Shown piece by piece: positions 1 to 55,600 of a DNA stretch of 64,000 nt (position 1 is the first letter of the stretch; every line of letters begins with the position of its first letter). This DNA is from Paraspadella gotoi (Eukaryota; Animalia; Chaetognatha). The notes under the pieces were generated by a model. The model saw nothing but the letters and a program-made list of their open reading frames with translations, was not told the DNA's origin and did no database searches. Made by a program: the position numbers and the translations under genes. Where the stretch lies: NCBI GenBank assembly GCA_051294375.1, contig CM119265.1, positions 3,913,025-3,977,024 on the forward strand. Direction: 5' to 3'.

Positions 1-87
1 AAATGAAGTTCCAGGTCCAGGAAGGCACATGGGTGTAACGCTTCTAAAGATCCTCCGGGGTCGAAATGAGGCGTGGAGTCGATTGTC

Positions 88-42150
<42,063 letters not shown>

Positions 42151-43522
42151 TTTGTATGGTTGACCAGGTTCTTTTGGATTAGATTTATTTTTTTGGTTTT
42201 TTGTTATTGTTTAATATTTGTTATCTTTTCTTTCCCTTTTCGAGGGAGTTTGGTTGAGTGGTTGACGTTTATGTCGTTTATTATAGTTTCCAGGCAATTT
42301 TAATGTTTAGATTTTGCAAGAACTCTATGGTCGATGAATTACTAAGAAGTTGAGATCGTTTTGACATCATATTCGATCGCTGAGATAAAGTTGACAAAAA
42401 ATATGTCGTTTTATACGGCAACGTCTCTTCTTCTGATTCCATGTCATGAACGATGCGGTAATCATAATGATGTCATGAACGATGCGGTAATCATAATGAT
42501 ACTTGTCGCCAAGCTTGAGGAAAATATTCATGAATCGTTTTGAGGCTGAATTAATTGAGTGATTATCGTGGAATAAATTGGAAAAGGTTTTAATACTCGA
42601 AGAGGAACGAGTTTACTATATTTCTTGGATGACGATTGTGCTCGTAATAATGATCGACATGATATTTATCAATGACAATGTTTTATGAGATCGATTATAA
42701 AAGTGTTTTAGGATTTTTGCGATTGAACGCTCGGTGGCTTGCAATGTTTGGTCATGGCTAATTTGAATGGAATTCATTAGAGACAAATGCAAAAAGAAAA
42801 GGTCGAGATCAGAAAAAAAAAAGTTCCAAGTCTTTGTACTCATTTGTTTTCTTTTTTTTTTTTTCTTTTCTGTCGCCGGAAACTTCGACGTCGATTCCTT
42901 TCCGAGGAGGAGTCATTACCTTATCTTTCTACAGGAGGAGGAAGAGGGAAGAGGAATGGCATGGTGGTATGCAGAAACCAATGATCTTTGATCCAAGTCA
43001 CGTGACTTGAGAGTCGAGAAACACGAAAATCTCCGACTAAGGTTGGGTCACGCGATGACTAAGAATTCGGAGAAAGTTTTAGCGGTTAAATTAAATAGGA
43101 ACAGCTTTTCAGTTTTAGTTATAAATTATGAGATAGTAAATGTTCACCATGTATCATAGTTTTATGTAAATTAACATCGTATTGTCTCATTATCGATGAA
43201 TGGAAAATTCGGAATTCCAGGAGTCCCAAATATTACGGATTACACAAGGATACACAAGAATTCCCTCGGATGTAGTAATTCTCTATCAAATTAACACGGC
43301 TTTTCATTGTCGCTACTTAAATTAAAGGACACTAACTTTATGGGAATCCTCATCATATATTTCAGTAAATATATTATAATTCACATACAAATTTACATCG
43401 TAAACCGTCCTTTTGCAAACATTTTTTTTCTCCATAAAATACTTAAAACAAGAAAACATGATTATCTGAATTCTTGACCAGTGCTGTAATATGCAAATAG
43501 ATTTAATATTTTTTTATCATTG

Positions 43523-43578
<56 letters not shown>

Positions 43579-43888
43579 GAAGTTAAATTAAAATATAAAA
43601 TCATTTTCAAATTTCGCTTAAATGTATTACTACTTGAAAAAAACTTCAAACCAAACTCGTCCGTTTTCTTTTCTTAGAAGGATTTTCATTTTAGTCGATT
43701 AAACAAACAGATTGAAGTACCTTGACAAACAAAAGATCAATGATCAGACTGCACCTTTAAAAATTCTATAAAACGAATAGGAATTTTCAAACTCTCTCTC
43801 CACTTTTTTATTCACTTAATTGTAATCGTAATTTTGTCGAGATTAAGCTAATGATTTTAAAAAATCAAACATTACTTTTTTTGCCAGA

Positions 43889-46800
43889 ATGAGACGGCCT
43901 CGACTCGTTTCGAGAAAAGACGTTTTGCTTTGCGTTTGTTCCTTTTGCTTCGCAGTTTTGCTCGTTGGCCATGGACCGCTATCACTACGGTAAGGGAAAA
44001 GATGAAAAAGCTATATAGTACATAATACATTAAAATTGTCTAAAATCTTTATTTTCCTTCGATTATGCAATATGCATGTTTTATTCAGGATCTGCGATTG
44101 CTCCAATCGAGTCTACAACGAAGACTCGTCGTCGTTATCGTCGTCGTTATCGTCGTCTGGTAAATCACGGGATAACGCGATCGTAAAAACTTTCCTCGAA
44201 AGAAGCGAGACATCTGTCGAGAAGGCGGCGGCATCCACCCTTGAAAAGAGGTCGGCATCTGTCAAGGATGGCGACGCATCTGTCTTCTTTAGCGCGATGA
44301 CGTCATCTCCCGATTCAATGACGTCATCTCTTTCATCTCTGACGTCATTGCCACCATTTTTTATCTCAGTTTCTGATGATTCGACGCCAACGACAAATAA
44401 ATCTTCTTCAATTAATTCTTCTCTTTCTACTTCCTCTTCGTCATCTTCCTCCTCTTCATCCTCCCCTTTAACCATCGTAATCGATTCCTCATCTTCATCA
44501 ACCTCTCAAGAGATATCAAAATCCATCACAACTTTTTCAACGTCATCTTCAACCATAAAAACTTCCTCCACTACATCAACTTCCTTTTCCACTCTCTCTA
44601 CATCCTCAACCTCCACCACATCGTCCACTCCAACAACCCCTTCAACAATCTCCACCTCAACCACCCTTCCACCCTCTCGCCAAATCCGACCACTCAGCTG
44701 CGTCAAATGCCACCCGCACGATTTTCCTCTCTCCATCGACATTCCCGAATTTTGCGACGACGACGGGTCGTCCGTCTTCCTGCTGCTGACGGTTCATTCC
44801 AGGCCTGAGTCTGCTGCGGCCCGATTGGCCATTCGTGAGACGTGGGGGAACCTCACAAAATATAACGTCACCTCCTCTTCATTCTCCCCCTCCTCCTCCT
44901 TCACGTCCTCCTCCGTGAAGAGAGTCTTCCTCGTCGGCCGCAGCAAGGACTCTTCAGTGGACGAGGCGATTGAAGAAGAGAGTCGAGTCTTCAACGACAT
45001 CTTGAGAGAGGATTTTCGAGACTCGTAAATGTGGGGAGGATCAGGAAATGGCCGTATTGTTTCTTAAACAAAATTAAAAGAATTAAAATAATAATTAAAA
45101 CAAATTTATCATAATTAAAATAAATTTATCAAATATTTAGTTATTTTTACTTTTTAATTGTATAATTTCGATATCGGCATACTATTTGAGTTGTATCGAG
45201 CGATTTAGCTATTTTTATCTTTTTAAAAAACTTTCAAAATAATTTGGTTCTCTATTAATCCAATACTGATGTCGTTTAATAATTACTAATTTTACTAAAA
45301 CAATATATATTTTTAATGTTTATATGATCTATCTTTATCAAATTATAAAATCACTAGTACCGATTTTATCGAAACAACAACGTCGGGCATTTTCCTTTCC
45401 CCCCCCTCCCCCTCACGGTTATTACAACTTGACCTACAAAGCGGTGATGGGCCTCAAGTGGGCGACGACCCGTTGCGGCGCCGCCCACTTCCTCATCCGC
45501 GTCGACGACGACGTCTTCCTCAACGTCGACAACCTCGTCCGCTACTTAAAGGGTCGACCCGACCTTCAAGTCGGCGGGAGGGTCTACAGGGGAAAGCAGA
45601 GGAAAGTTAGCAGGTGAAGTGGATCGTCGAGGGTAGTTCGAGAGTCGAGAGGAGGGCTATGAGATTGGATTTGTGGAAATGTCATTCTTTCGAACATGAA
45701 CGTTAATTTTTGTCAGTTATTCTGATATTATAAATGTTAATTTTTTTTTTTTTTTTTTAGCCAAAAGGCCGAGAATTATTTAATTTTATTTTAGTAATAA
45801 CAAAAGCGATATTAACAATCATTAAAAAAAAACAGTAACGGACCAGAAAATGATTAACAAATAACTATTAAAATAATAATAAGAATTTAACAAAAACAAA
45901 AAAACAAACAAACAAGAATTTATCAAAAACTAAATAAATGTTCAAACGGATGGGATAACAACCACGCAAAACCGTCCCAAAACTTTCCGACGAATTCTGA
46001 ATTCAAGTAAACCATCTATTTGCCATCTCCCCAGAGACCCAACATCGAAATGGTACGTGACGCCGGAGCAATATCCTTACCCTTTCTACCCGACTTACCT
46101 ACCGGGAACGCTGCAAGTCTTTTCGATGTCGGCGGCCAAAAAAATATATTTGACGTCACCCGATGTTCCTTTCTTTTTAATCGACGATGTTTACATCACC
46201 GGATTCGTCGCTAACATGTCAGTTGTGTTCTTTAATTACATTCGCAACAATATATCGTATTTTCAATGTAAAAAAAAAACGGATGCGAAAAGTAGCTACT
46301 TGGAAACTTATTCGTTTCCAAGGTAAGATTTTACCAAGTAATCTAGTATGAAATTATATGAAATCTTAGCAATTATCAACTAGTTCGGACATGCTATTGC
46401 AGCTAAATTTCTTTGATTAATCTAGTTACCTTGATGATTCTAATTCACGCATTTATACTTGAATTATAGTTTACAAATTTGAAAATACTTCAGAAGTATA
46501 TTCGGGGGGCCTTTTCTTAACTCTCAGTTTTAATTGTATAAAAACTCCAAGAAATGCCCCAACCCCGGGTATTACTACATATAAGACATTAAAGATTTAT
46601 TGATCATTAATACTTCCACCCCTTCCCTACCTCATTTCAGGCGCCTCGGCCTCCCCCTCTTCGACATCCCTCACGTCCACAACACTGAACTCGCGGTCGA
46701 CGTTTGTCATTTCAAAAACGAACTCATTTCGTCTCACGGAATTTTTGGGGACGAACTGAGGAGAGTGTGGAGGGACATGCGACGGACCAATTGTAGCCGT

Positions 46801-47184
46801 GGCGATGGGAGTGGCGAAAGGAGTGGCAACAGGAATGGCAGGAGTAAAAAGAGTGGCGCCGGGAGAGGCGCCGTCGTCCGAACGCGCCTTGACGCTGGAA
46901 GTCGAACGATTCCATCGGTCGGAAGAAGAGATGAAAATGTTGGGGGAAAAAGCGATGGAATTAGCCGATCGTCTGTCGATGACAGTAAACAACGAAACCG
47001 ATCGGCTGATAAAGAAGGAACGACATCAAAAGCCTACGTTGCCAAGTCGCCGGAAGCAGCGCCGCCTGAGATGAAAAAGGCGCCGGGCGAAAAGCCGATG
47101 ACGCCGGGCGGAAAGCCGATGCCGTCGGAAACAAAGCGATCCGAGAGAGACGACAAGCGGCAAATGTGGGGAGTTGTGGGCTGA
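43889..47184 (+). CDS. B3GALT-like: Beta-1,3-galactosyltransferase (GT31), type II membrane protein; exons 43889-43989, 44089-45024, 45419-45613, 46035-46217, 46641-47184
   Basis: N-terminal TM, Ser/Thr-rich stem, and GT31 motifs RLAIRETWG, FLVG, DILREDFRDSYYNLTYK, RVDDDVFLN, RDPTSKWYV, YPTYLPG, IDDVYITG. Confidence 0.9.
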
Positions 47185-47494
47185 AGAAAAATGAATGGAG
47201 ACTGATCTACCTTGAGAATTTTATCAAGCTTGTATTTTGTTAAGTGTTTTTATTAAACTTTACAATAAATTGTCTCGAAAGTGCTGGCTTCGAATTTGTA
47301 TTGGTTAAATAGTGAGAAAAAGTTTTATTCGTTTTATTCACTGAATAGACATTAGACAAGTTATCGGATCAAAAACAATCATTTTTTTACAAGGGGAATA
47401 TCAATTAATGTAAATTGTACAGTAAACATTGTACACAATAACAAAATCTAACTGTTTTAAAAAAAGTTTAGGTTAATATCCCGCCAAAATTATA

Positions 47495-48592
47495 CCCCGT
47501 GAGCCAAATCCGATGATACGAAAGAAACCACTGCTGTACTTTACTGAGTTGAGATAGACTTATTCAGATTTTTTTAAATGATAAATAACTACTTGACAAT
47601 TTTGTGTATAAATTTTATTTTAATCAATTATCATTAACAACTTGAAATCTATTTTCTAACAAAAATGGTAAAATCGCCAAATTGTCGGCGAATCGTAGTT
47701 GTTAAAAATCAAGTGCAATGAACAATTTTGTATTAAGTTTTTAAGGCAGTGTTACAGATAGATTGGTGTTTTTTTGCCCACTATTAAGTCCATGAATCTT
47801 TTGGTTCTTCAGAGAATGATGCTCCATCCTCTACTCAAATAATTTTAGCTGGCTGACTAAGCAATTTCCAAGATTCCTTTTTGTGCCAAAAGATTATTGC
47901 CAAGATGAAGATGTCTATTCACTGCCTATAATTAGCTTGTCCTTTATTGAAAAACTAATGTAGAAAAAAATTTGAATTTGTTTGCAACAACGATTTTATT
48001 AGTAGTTATTAGCAAACAAATTCAAACTTTTTTCTACTAATTCAAACACAACGAAAAGAAAGGAAATTCGCTATGAAAAACTAATGAAAGAGGAGTGCTT
48101 ATGGCAAGACAATTTAAAAAATTGGTAGGTTAAGCTCGATAGAATGACCAGTGAATCACAGCACCTGCTGCATAAAACTTTTTTTCCTTAAATTTTCAAG
48201 AAAAATTAGTTCGAGAATTCTTTAACTACTATCCTGAGGTTCCAACCTGTAAAATATTATTTTTTTCTCTTGGTGATTTAGAACTAGAAAGGTTTTTAAG
48301 CAGAAACCAAAGTTGTTATGAGCATTTGTTTTTTGTAATGGTAAAAAATTAGAACTGCTTTTGGACAAGGTTTTTTGCTCCATGAAGAAGAATTTTTTCT
48401 AGCGATGCCGAGTTTTTTATACTGGTTTTGATAGCATTTTGAGAATGTTTTAAAACGTTTTGAAGCAATGTTTTGAACTTTTTAAAAACGTCAATTATTT
48501 TTCTTTCAATTGGTGTTATAAATTTTTCTTATTGGCATATGGTTTACGTATAATTAATTTTTCTTTCGTATCATCAGATTTGGCTCACGGAG
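47495..48592 (-). mobile_element. Degenerate Tc1/mariner-type element
   Basis: ~33-bp TIRs C(C/T)CCGTGAGCCAAATC(C/T)GATGATACGAAAGAAA, TA on both sides, no intact transposase ORF. Confidence 0.8.
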
Positions 48593-48686
48593 TAACAAGC
48601 GTTAACTGTCTTTAATGCATACATCTCCTTCCACTCTTATAAGCTTAGACAGCCCCAGGTCCCAATTCGTCCCATGTTCTCTCTTC

Positions 48687-48870
48687 TCACATCGTGCCCC
48701 CTCTTCCTCTGCAACCACTGATAGGTGTGCGGCAAAATGGGCAAAGCCGCAATTTGCGGCGACACCTGCGGCAAATCACGTGACCGCAAACCAAGGCGTC
48801 GTCTTTTCTGGCGTCGAAGCAGATGGAGCAAACTTCGTCCGAGGTCAGCGCAGAAATCGAACCCTGGCGG
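48687..48870 (-). CDS. RING finger exon (not in ORF track)
   Basis: tttcag|c CGC CAG GGT... translates to C-x2-C-x10-C-x-H-x2-C-x2-C-x6-C-x2-C. Confidence 0.85.
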
Positions 48871-51550
48871 CTGAAATAGAATAGGAAGTGGTCCCTTTAT
48901 ACAATTCAAACATTCTTTGAAATATTTTACTTAGATAGGGAAGCCAGTTACTCTGGGAGTTAACAAATCAGAATAATGAGAGTGTCTTGATGGAAAGCTT
49001 GTAGAGACATTCTATGCCATTATCTTGTAAGAGTGATGGAAACGGGAAAGATAGCTTGTTTATTGAATGAATAGAAAATATTATATTGGTTGCATCAATT
49101 TCATATAATAAAGAATAAATCAAATAAATGTAACAATAGTAACTAATAAAACACTTTTTTTAATCTTTTTATCCTTTTTAAATTTTTAATCATTCTCAAT
49201 TAATTCTGTATTTATTCTGTAATAAATCCCCACTCAATACATATTCAATTCCTCTCTCATTCCCCTCTTGATTCCCTCTAAATCCCCACTCAATCCCCTC
49301 TGCTCACCTCAAAGAATCATCATCTCTCAACGACCCATAGATTCCGTCTGAAGATGAAGTAATCCCCACAATGAAAGGTGAAGTCATTGTGGCGTTGATG
49401 CGGGTGTCATTGTGGAGAATTCTGTGGACTGGGATGATGACCGTCCGTTGGGGGCGACGTCGTAAAGGACCGCTGGAATCGAAATGAAGGTGCTCGTTTG
49501 AAAACAAGAAAAATGAAAACATTTTCTCTTAATATAATTTGCATGTTGCAGTAGAGAATTGATCGTTGTCGTTCTGTGACGTAGATTTTTGTAAGATCGA
49601 AGCTCAAATATAATCTTGAGTATTGAAGTAATTAGTTACAATTTACTATTAATTAAATCGGTAATTTGGTCCCTCAACTGTTTTTGCAGAGTTATGTTAG
49701 AAAATTTGTTGGAATGATTTAGCAGCTCAAAAATGACTGAAATGTTCGCCATTGGAAAATACAGATATATGTTTAGTTAAATTAAAATAATATACATAGT
49801 TATACATTTTTGGGTATATGTTTTACACTGTTTACTCATTAAACACTTTTAATGTTTTTATAACGTTTTAGTTTTCATTTGTTTTTGGTTTCATGTTTTT
49901 TGTTTATGTTTTATATTTTTTGTTTTGTTTTTGTTTTCATATTTTTTGTTGCTTTATTTTAGAATGTTTAATCAACGTTGCTTCCTTTCTATTGTTTGTA
50001 TATTTTTTTGTTTATTTTTTACACATTATTTTTGAACGTTTTATTAACGTTGCTTCCTATTTATACTTGACATTTGATCCTTAAATGTTCTTGAACGTTA
50101 TTTTTTATAGTTTATCATTTCAGTAAATAGACAGTCTCCTCGGAGGCGTGGGTTCGAATCCCACCGCTGCCACCACATTAAAGTAAGTAGACAGAGATTT
50201 CAACATGAAACCAAAGTGGATTTTATTCTCAGATATAAGAAGGCAAAGACGGTGTGAGAATTTGAGACAGATGGATTCAATACAAAAATAGTCAGTATTT
50301 ATAAAGGTCAATCGGACCATCGACACGGGTTCATTTTCCCGATGGCATGAAGCCCCTCTTCTCATTGGCCCGTTCCGATGATGATTCATCCAATGAGAGA
50401 GTCGTCTGTTGATTTCATCCGAGTCACGGATCCGATTCCGTATTTGGTTCAGATTCCATCTTCGATGTTATTATGAATTAGTTTATATTAATGAAATTGG
50501 TACAACCAATATAAAAATTATCCATTCATTTAATAAATAAGCTATCTTGCCCCTGACTTTGGACAGGCTTTGGTGGTTTAAGGCCTCCATCACTCTTACA
50601 AGATAATGACATAGCAGGTCACTGCAAGCTTTCAATCAAGACTCTCTCACAGTCTCGTTTATTCACTCCCAAAGTACCTGGCTGTTATATTAATGATTCA
50701 ATGAAAAAATTGTTTTTCGTTTTTAATTAAAAAAAATGTCATAAACCCTGTTCCAGTCTTTTTATTGATTATTGATTTCTTTTCTGTTTTTAATTGTGTT
50801 AATATCGTTTTTGTTATTAATAAAAAAAATTATTGAGGAAAAAAAATTAAAATAAGAAAAGAACGTTGAATTTAGGCTTGTAATCTTAAATTAATCGCAT
50901 TGTGTTTAAATAGAGATTGTTTGAGGGACATACAACTCCTTTACTACTTTACTTTTTCTAAGCTTATTGTTTTCGAAAGACTCATAGCAAGAACAAAACA
51001 TATTAAAATTAACGTAACAAAACTTTTTTTTTGGGGGGGGGGGTTATATCGTCAGTGTTGTCATGAAAATGTTTTTACCAACTGTTAGTTTAATCAACTG
51101 TGTGTCCCCACACGGTTCCCACCTGAGTCCCTCCTGCCACTCCCTCATCATTCCCCTCAACCGTCTGTCCAAGGATCGCCAAAAACACGAGACGAGGCAA
51201 ATGACGACGATGAGCGTGACGGGCAGCGCCAACACGAGAATCGCCCGCGCAGCCGCGTCTCCGGGTTCGCGACGGCAGCGCGGAGCGACTTCGAGGCGCC
51301 AGGCGCCGACGGCGTCGCAAACGAGGGCGCCCGTTGTGGCGACGACGCCGTCGATCAAGGTCGGCACCCGACAGACGGAGCCGACAACGGCGCCGGCGGT
51401 GCAGAGACCCCAAGCGGCGCAGCCCGGCGAGGGAGGAGGAAGAGGAGGGCAGGTGACGTTGGCTGTTTGGACGGTGGGGAATTGGTAAGGTGAGAGAGTG
51501 AGGTTTGTTGACGAGTTGTTGGAAGATAATTGAGAAGCGAATGAAGTCAT
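48687..51550 (-). CDS. Sushi/CCP-like domain - TM - C3HC4 RING finger protein, ~312 aa; exons 51550-51123, 50459-50318, 49492-49308, 48870-48687
   Basis: Exon 1: CPPLPPP..GSVC..LVC..GAW..PRC followed by TM AILVLALPVTLIVVICLVSCFW. Last exon: CSICFDARKDDALVCGHVICRRCRRKLRLCPFCRTPI. Exon phases 2/0/2 give a continuous 939-nt frame. Confidence 0.75.
50132..50175 (+). pseudogene. 3' half of tRNA-Leu ending in encoded CCA
   Basis: CAGTCTCCTCGGAGGCGTGGGTTCGAATCCCACCGCTGCCA-CCA: variable arm, T arm and 3' acceptor strand of metazoan tRNA-Leu; no 5' half. Confidence 0.8.
50490..50690 (+). repeat. Interspersed repeat; second copy at ~62360-62545
   Basis: Shared ATGAAATT(G/A)GTACAACC..ATAAGCTATCTTGCC..GACTTTGGA..GCAGGTC..TGCAAGCTTT..GTCTCGTTTATTCACTC. 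Confidence 0.75.
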
Positions 51551-51766
51551 TTTCTGTTTTTTTGATGATTTTTAAGGAGACGAAATTTGTTTTTGTTTCT
51601 TCGTTGTTTTTTTTTCTTGTTTGTTTTTGTTTACATTTGTTCTTAAGTTATTTATTTTTTATTTTGTAATTTAAATTTTATTTGTAAAACTGCCTTACTT
51701 TATCGCCCAACGTCCATTATGACTTTCGTCGTCCCAGTCCGAAAGTACCGCGTGTTTCACCAGTTA

Positions 51767-51831
<65 letters not shown>

Positions 51832-52681
51832 ACTTGCCTGCTCACAACGAATTAGGGTCACGGTCAAAAACCGCTTTTTCTCGAACAACCGATCAAACTT
51901 TCATTTTTGGGTCAGCGAGAAAAAGAAGAGTGAGAATCATTCCTGAGCAAAAACTGGTCCAAGAACAAAATAACAAAAGTTAGTTTTTCCCATCAAAAAT
52001 CCACATAGAATGAAGGTAGTGTTGTTGTTTTTGTTGTTTTTAATATTTTTATTTTTATTGTTGTTGTTGTTTTCCTTAAAATATTTTTTTAATTAATGTT
52101 TATTTAATCTGTTTGCCAGTTTGACTTTCGATCTTTCGCTTACGCTTACGCTTACGCTTACGCTTTCGCATGAATTAGTTCCAAAAACTCATTTGCATAT
52201 TGTCGTAAATTACAAAACCTGAAAAAACTGAATTTCTAAAGTCGTATTTAAATTTATTACTCAAAAAATACAAAGATATTAATCCCTAAAATTTATTAAA
52301 ATTGCTTTTGTGTTATTATCCAGTTATTTTTGATCATTTGTTTCAAATTTTGATTTGTTTTATAAATTTGATCGACGAAAGTGATGAGATCGTAAGAAGG
52401 TATAAAATTATCGCTTTGCAACTCTTCTGTGTGGGTTAAGGCACCATCCCAACTTAACTAAAGCGAATTTCTTCAGGGTTCCTTATGGAACTCCAATACA
52501 GTCACGTCTCAACATTACTATATATCTTCCTAATGTCAGATAATTATTACAACGCTGTAAACAATATATTCGTTTTCCTTGTGATCTTTATATATTTTGT
52601 TTAAATTGGAGACATAATTGTAGAACAAATCGCTTAAGGAATAATAATATTATACGCAGTTTACTCCTTTCATTTTCACCT

Positions 52682-55600
52682 CTAAACAAACGCCGCGATT
52701 TCCACGCCGTAATCAGCGGAGACGGCGGCGGCGCCTCGGCGTCGATATTCCGAGGCCGACGTCCAAATGACGCCTTCGTCGCGGCGCCCTTGACCTCGAA
52801 AACTGTTTCTCTCTCGACGATGACGCCGCCGATTAGCGTCGAAGCGCCGCGCGATTTCGGCGCCTCCTTTCCAGGCGGCGTCGGCGTCTGTCACGTGACT
52901 TGGGCGGAAGGCGCGTCGGAGAGAGGAGGAGGAGGAGGAGGAGGAGGAAGAGGATCTGAGGAGGAGGCGAAGACGAGGAAGAAGACCGGAGAAAGAGAGG
53001 GCGGGACCTGAGAAGTGGAGGAAGAAATTTCAGTTTATGGCGGGAAAAGCAATTCGACGACAACGACGTCGACTAATGACGATAGCAACGACGACAATAA
53101 CGACGACTGATAACGACAACGACGATAGCGAATTACAAAAACAAAGATAACAAATGACAACGAAAACGACTTTTCCTTTTACCGGCGACAACGACGCCTC
53201 TAGCGAGTCGCTTCGCCAGCCTTTCTCTCTCCTTTTCTTCTTCCTCCTCCTTCGTTGAATCTCTTTCTCCCGCCGCCGCAGCCGCCGCCGCCGCCGCAGC
53301 AGCAGAAGCAGAGACGACGGCGTCGACGATCGCTTCGTGAATTCCCGGCAGCGACTTTCCGGCGAGAAGAGGATTAAAAAGAATTTCCGGCGCCAGGAAT
53401 CGAGACGTAAACATGGGAACGGAGACGGCTTCTGCTTCGGCGGCGTCGGCGGCGTCGGCGGCGTCAGGGGCTGCTGCGGCAGCAGCGTCGTTCTCGTCGT
53501 TGAAGGCCGCGCCGGCGGCGGAGCGCGCGTCGTTTAAATGAATGGAGAATCTGTAAACCTGAGTTGTTGATGAGGAAAAAAGATTTTAACTATTTAAACT
53601 ATTTGAACTATTTAAAAATAGTTTAATGGTTTAGTTCGGAGCGGCAGTCCAGTGGCCAAAGTAAATTTCGTTCATTCATTCATTCATTCATTCATTCATT
53701 CATTCATTCATTCATTTGCCGATAGGCCTGTTGACCCTCACTTAACACCACGCCGGTGAACAATTAAATATCACTCTCCCACTACTTCTCACTTACATCC
53801 GGCCTTCGCCACGCTCTCTCCATCTCTCGGTCGACGTCGTCAGCGACGTAACATAATCTCGAGGCGACGCTGTCCCATCTACGCAGCAGAGCCGCGGCTT
53901 TTCCTGCTGCCGCCGCGTCCCTACGCCGACGCGGCCTTTCAGCATACGTGACAGCATTAGAATGCCGTCGCGGTATTTTCTCATCGATCGCAGTATTTAA
54001 AGATGGTCCCTGGGTTTCGTCCCAACTTCGCCGCGGCCAGGTCGACGCAGTTACGACGAACGACTTCGATCGCCGCAGCAGTTCCTCTTCGGCGGCGGCG
54101 CCATCTTCTTTAGCCGCTAAAGAACGCCGATGACGCCGGGTCGTAGTCTTTACAACATCACAGTCGCCTCCGACGCCGTCACTCTTAACGCTTTCGTCGA
54201 CGATAAAGTCAACGAGGTCTCTAACGCCGAGCGGCATCTTCCAAACCTCCGAACGCAAACGATCGTCGACCACGACGGAGACGATGCTGGTGACGACGCC
54301 GCCTTCGAAAATTACGCCGGTTCGTCGACGCCGGTGTCGAAGAAGAAGCGCCGCCTGGCGGAGAGAAACCCCAAAAAAATCGAATCATTTGATCAAGTTA
54401 ATAACTTACGTCATAACGTATTCTTTTTTTGTCGTTTCTTAAATATCAAATTGTAGAAGCTCATCTCATAACAACAACAACAACAACAACGACGACAACG
54501 TCGAAATCGTGTCAATGACGAATCAACCACTTGACCGATAAGTTAAGTTAACCTATTTTGATATTTTGATATTAATACTGCATCGACTTAACATAAATTA
54601 TTAAATTGGGGCGGTATAATGTAACCGCCACAACTCCAACTTCCTTCAGCTAATACCGATCGCTCTGCAGGGAACGCACCATCTCAACCTAACGACCAAC
54701 CACTGCGTTGGCAAAGCCAGACGGTGCTAGTATAACCGCGAAAGTAACAGGCGCTTAAGGTACGAAACCGCAAACGCCTAATGGTAAAATCACTTACCCA
54801 GCTGAGGATCGAGGGCAACCTGGCATTTGCCATAATATTGTGGCGGTATATTCACTCCGCCTCACCTCAAGCAACATTCAGTCAATCCCATTGGCTCAAA
54901 GGGGAACGCACCATCCCAAGCGTTACGTTCCAACCACAGTCCGTACTACTTCCGCGCCAGGGACAGGAGGCGCTCTGAGAGTCCATAACCCCTAAAGACA
55001 ACAGTTCGATACCCCATCACAATGGTCATCACAGGCAACCCGGCTGTTGCCATAATATATTTCTTTTTAGGGTTATCATCATCAATATGAAACATGGGAT
55101 TTTATAAGACCTTTTTGATGATAAGCTGTATCTAAATTTTAATATAAATAAAAATACACACATTTACAACTTCCAATTGAAAAAAAAATTGTAACAATTT
55201 CCAATTGTAAACGGTTGTGACATTTTTTTTGTCTTTCTTTTATTTCTTTAAATTATATATATATTTCTTTTTTTTTTTTGTCTGGCGCTGCTTCTTATGA
55301 TTTGTCCATTATTACATGAAGGAATGATTATTATCACATCAGTGAATAACTATCATCATGTCAATGAATGATTATCAGCATATCAAAGAATGATTATCCT
55401 TACATCAGAAACTGACTATCATCATATCAATGAGTAACTATCAGTGCATCATAGGCCAGGTTGACTTAATCTCGCTCGCCACTTCTCTTAAGTAGCCATT
55501 ACAATATTAATAAATATTTCTATCTTTTTTTAGCAGGTGTATGGATTAACTACAAAACAATGTATCTAGTTATCACGTTCAATTAGTGAGGCAGTTGAAA

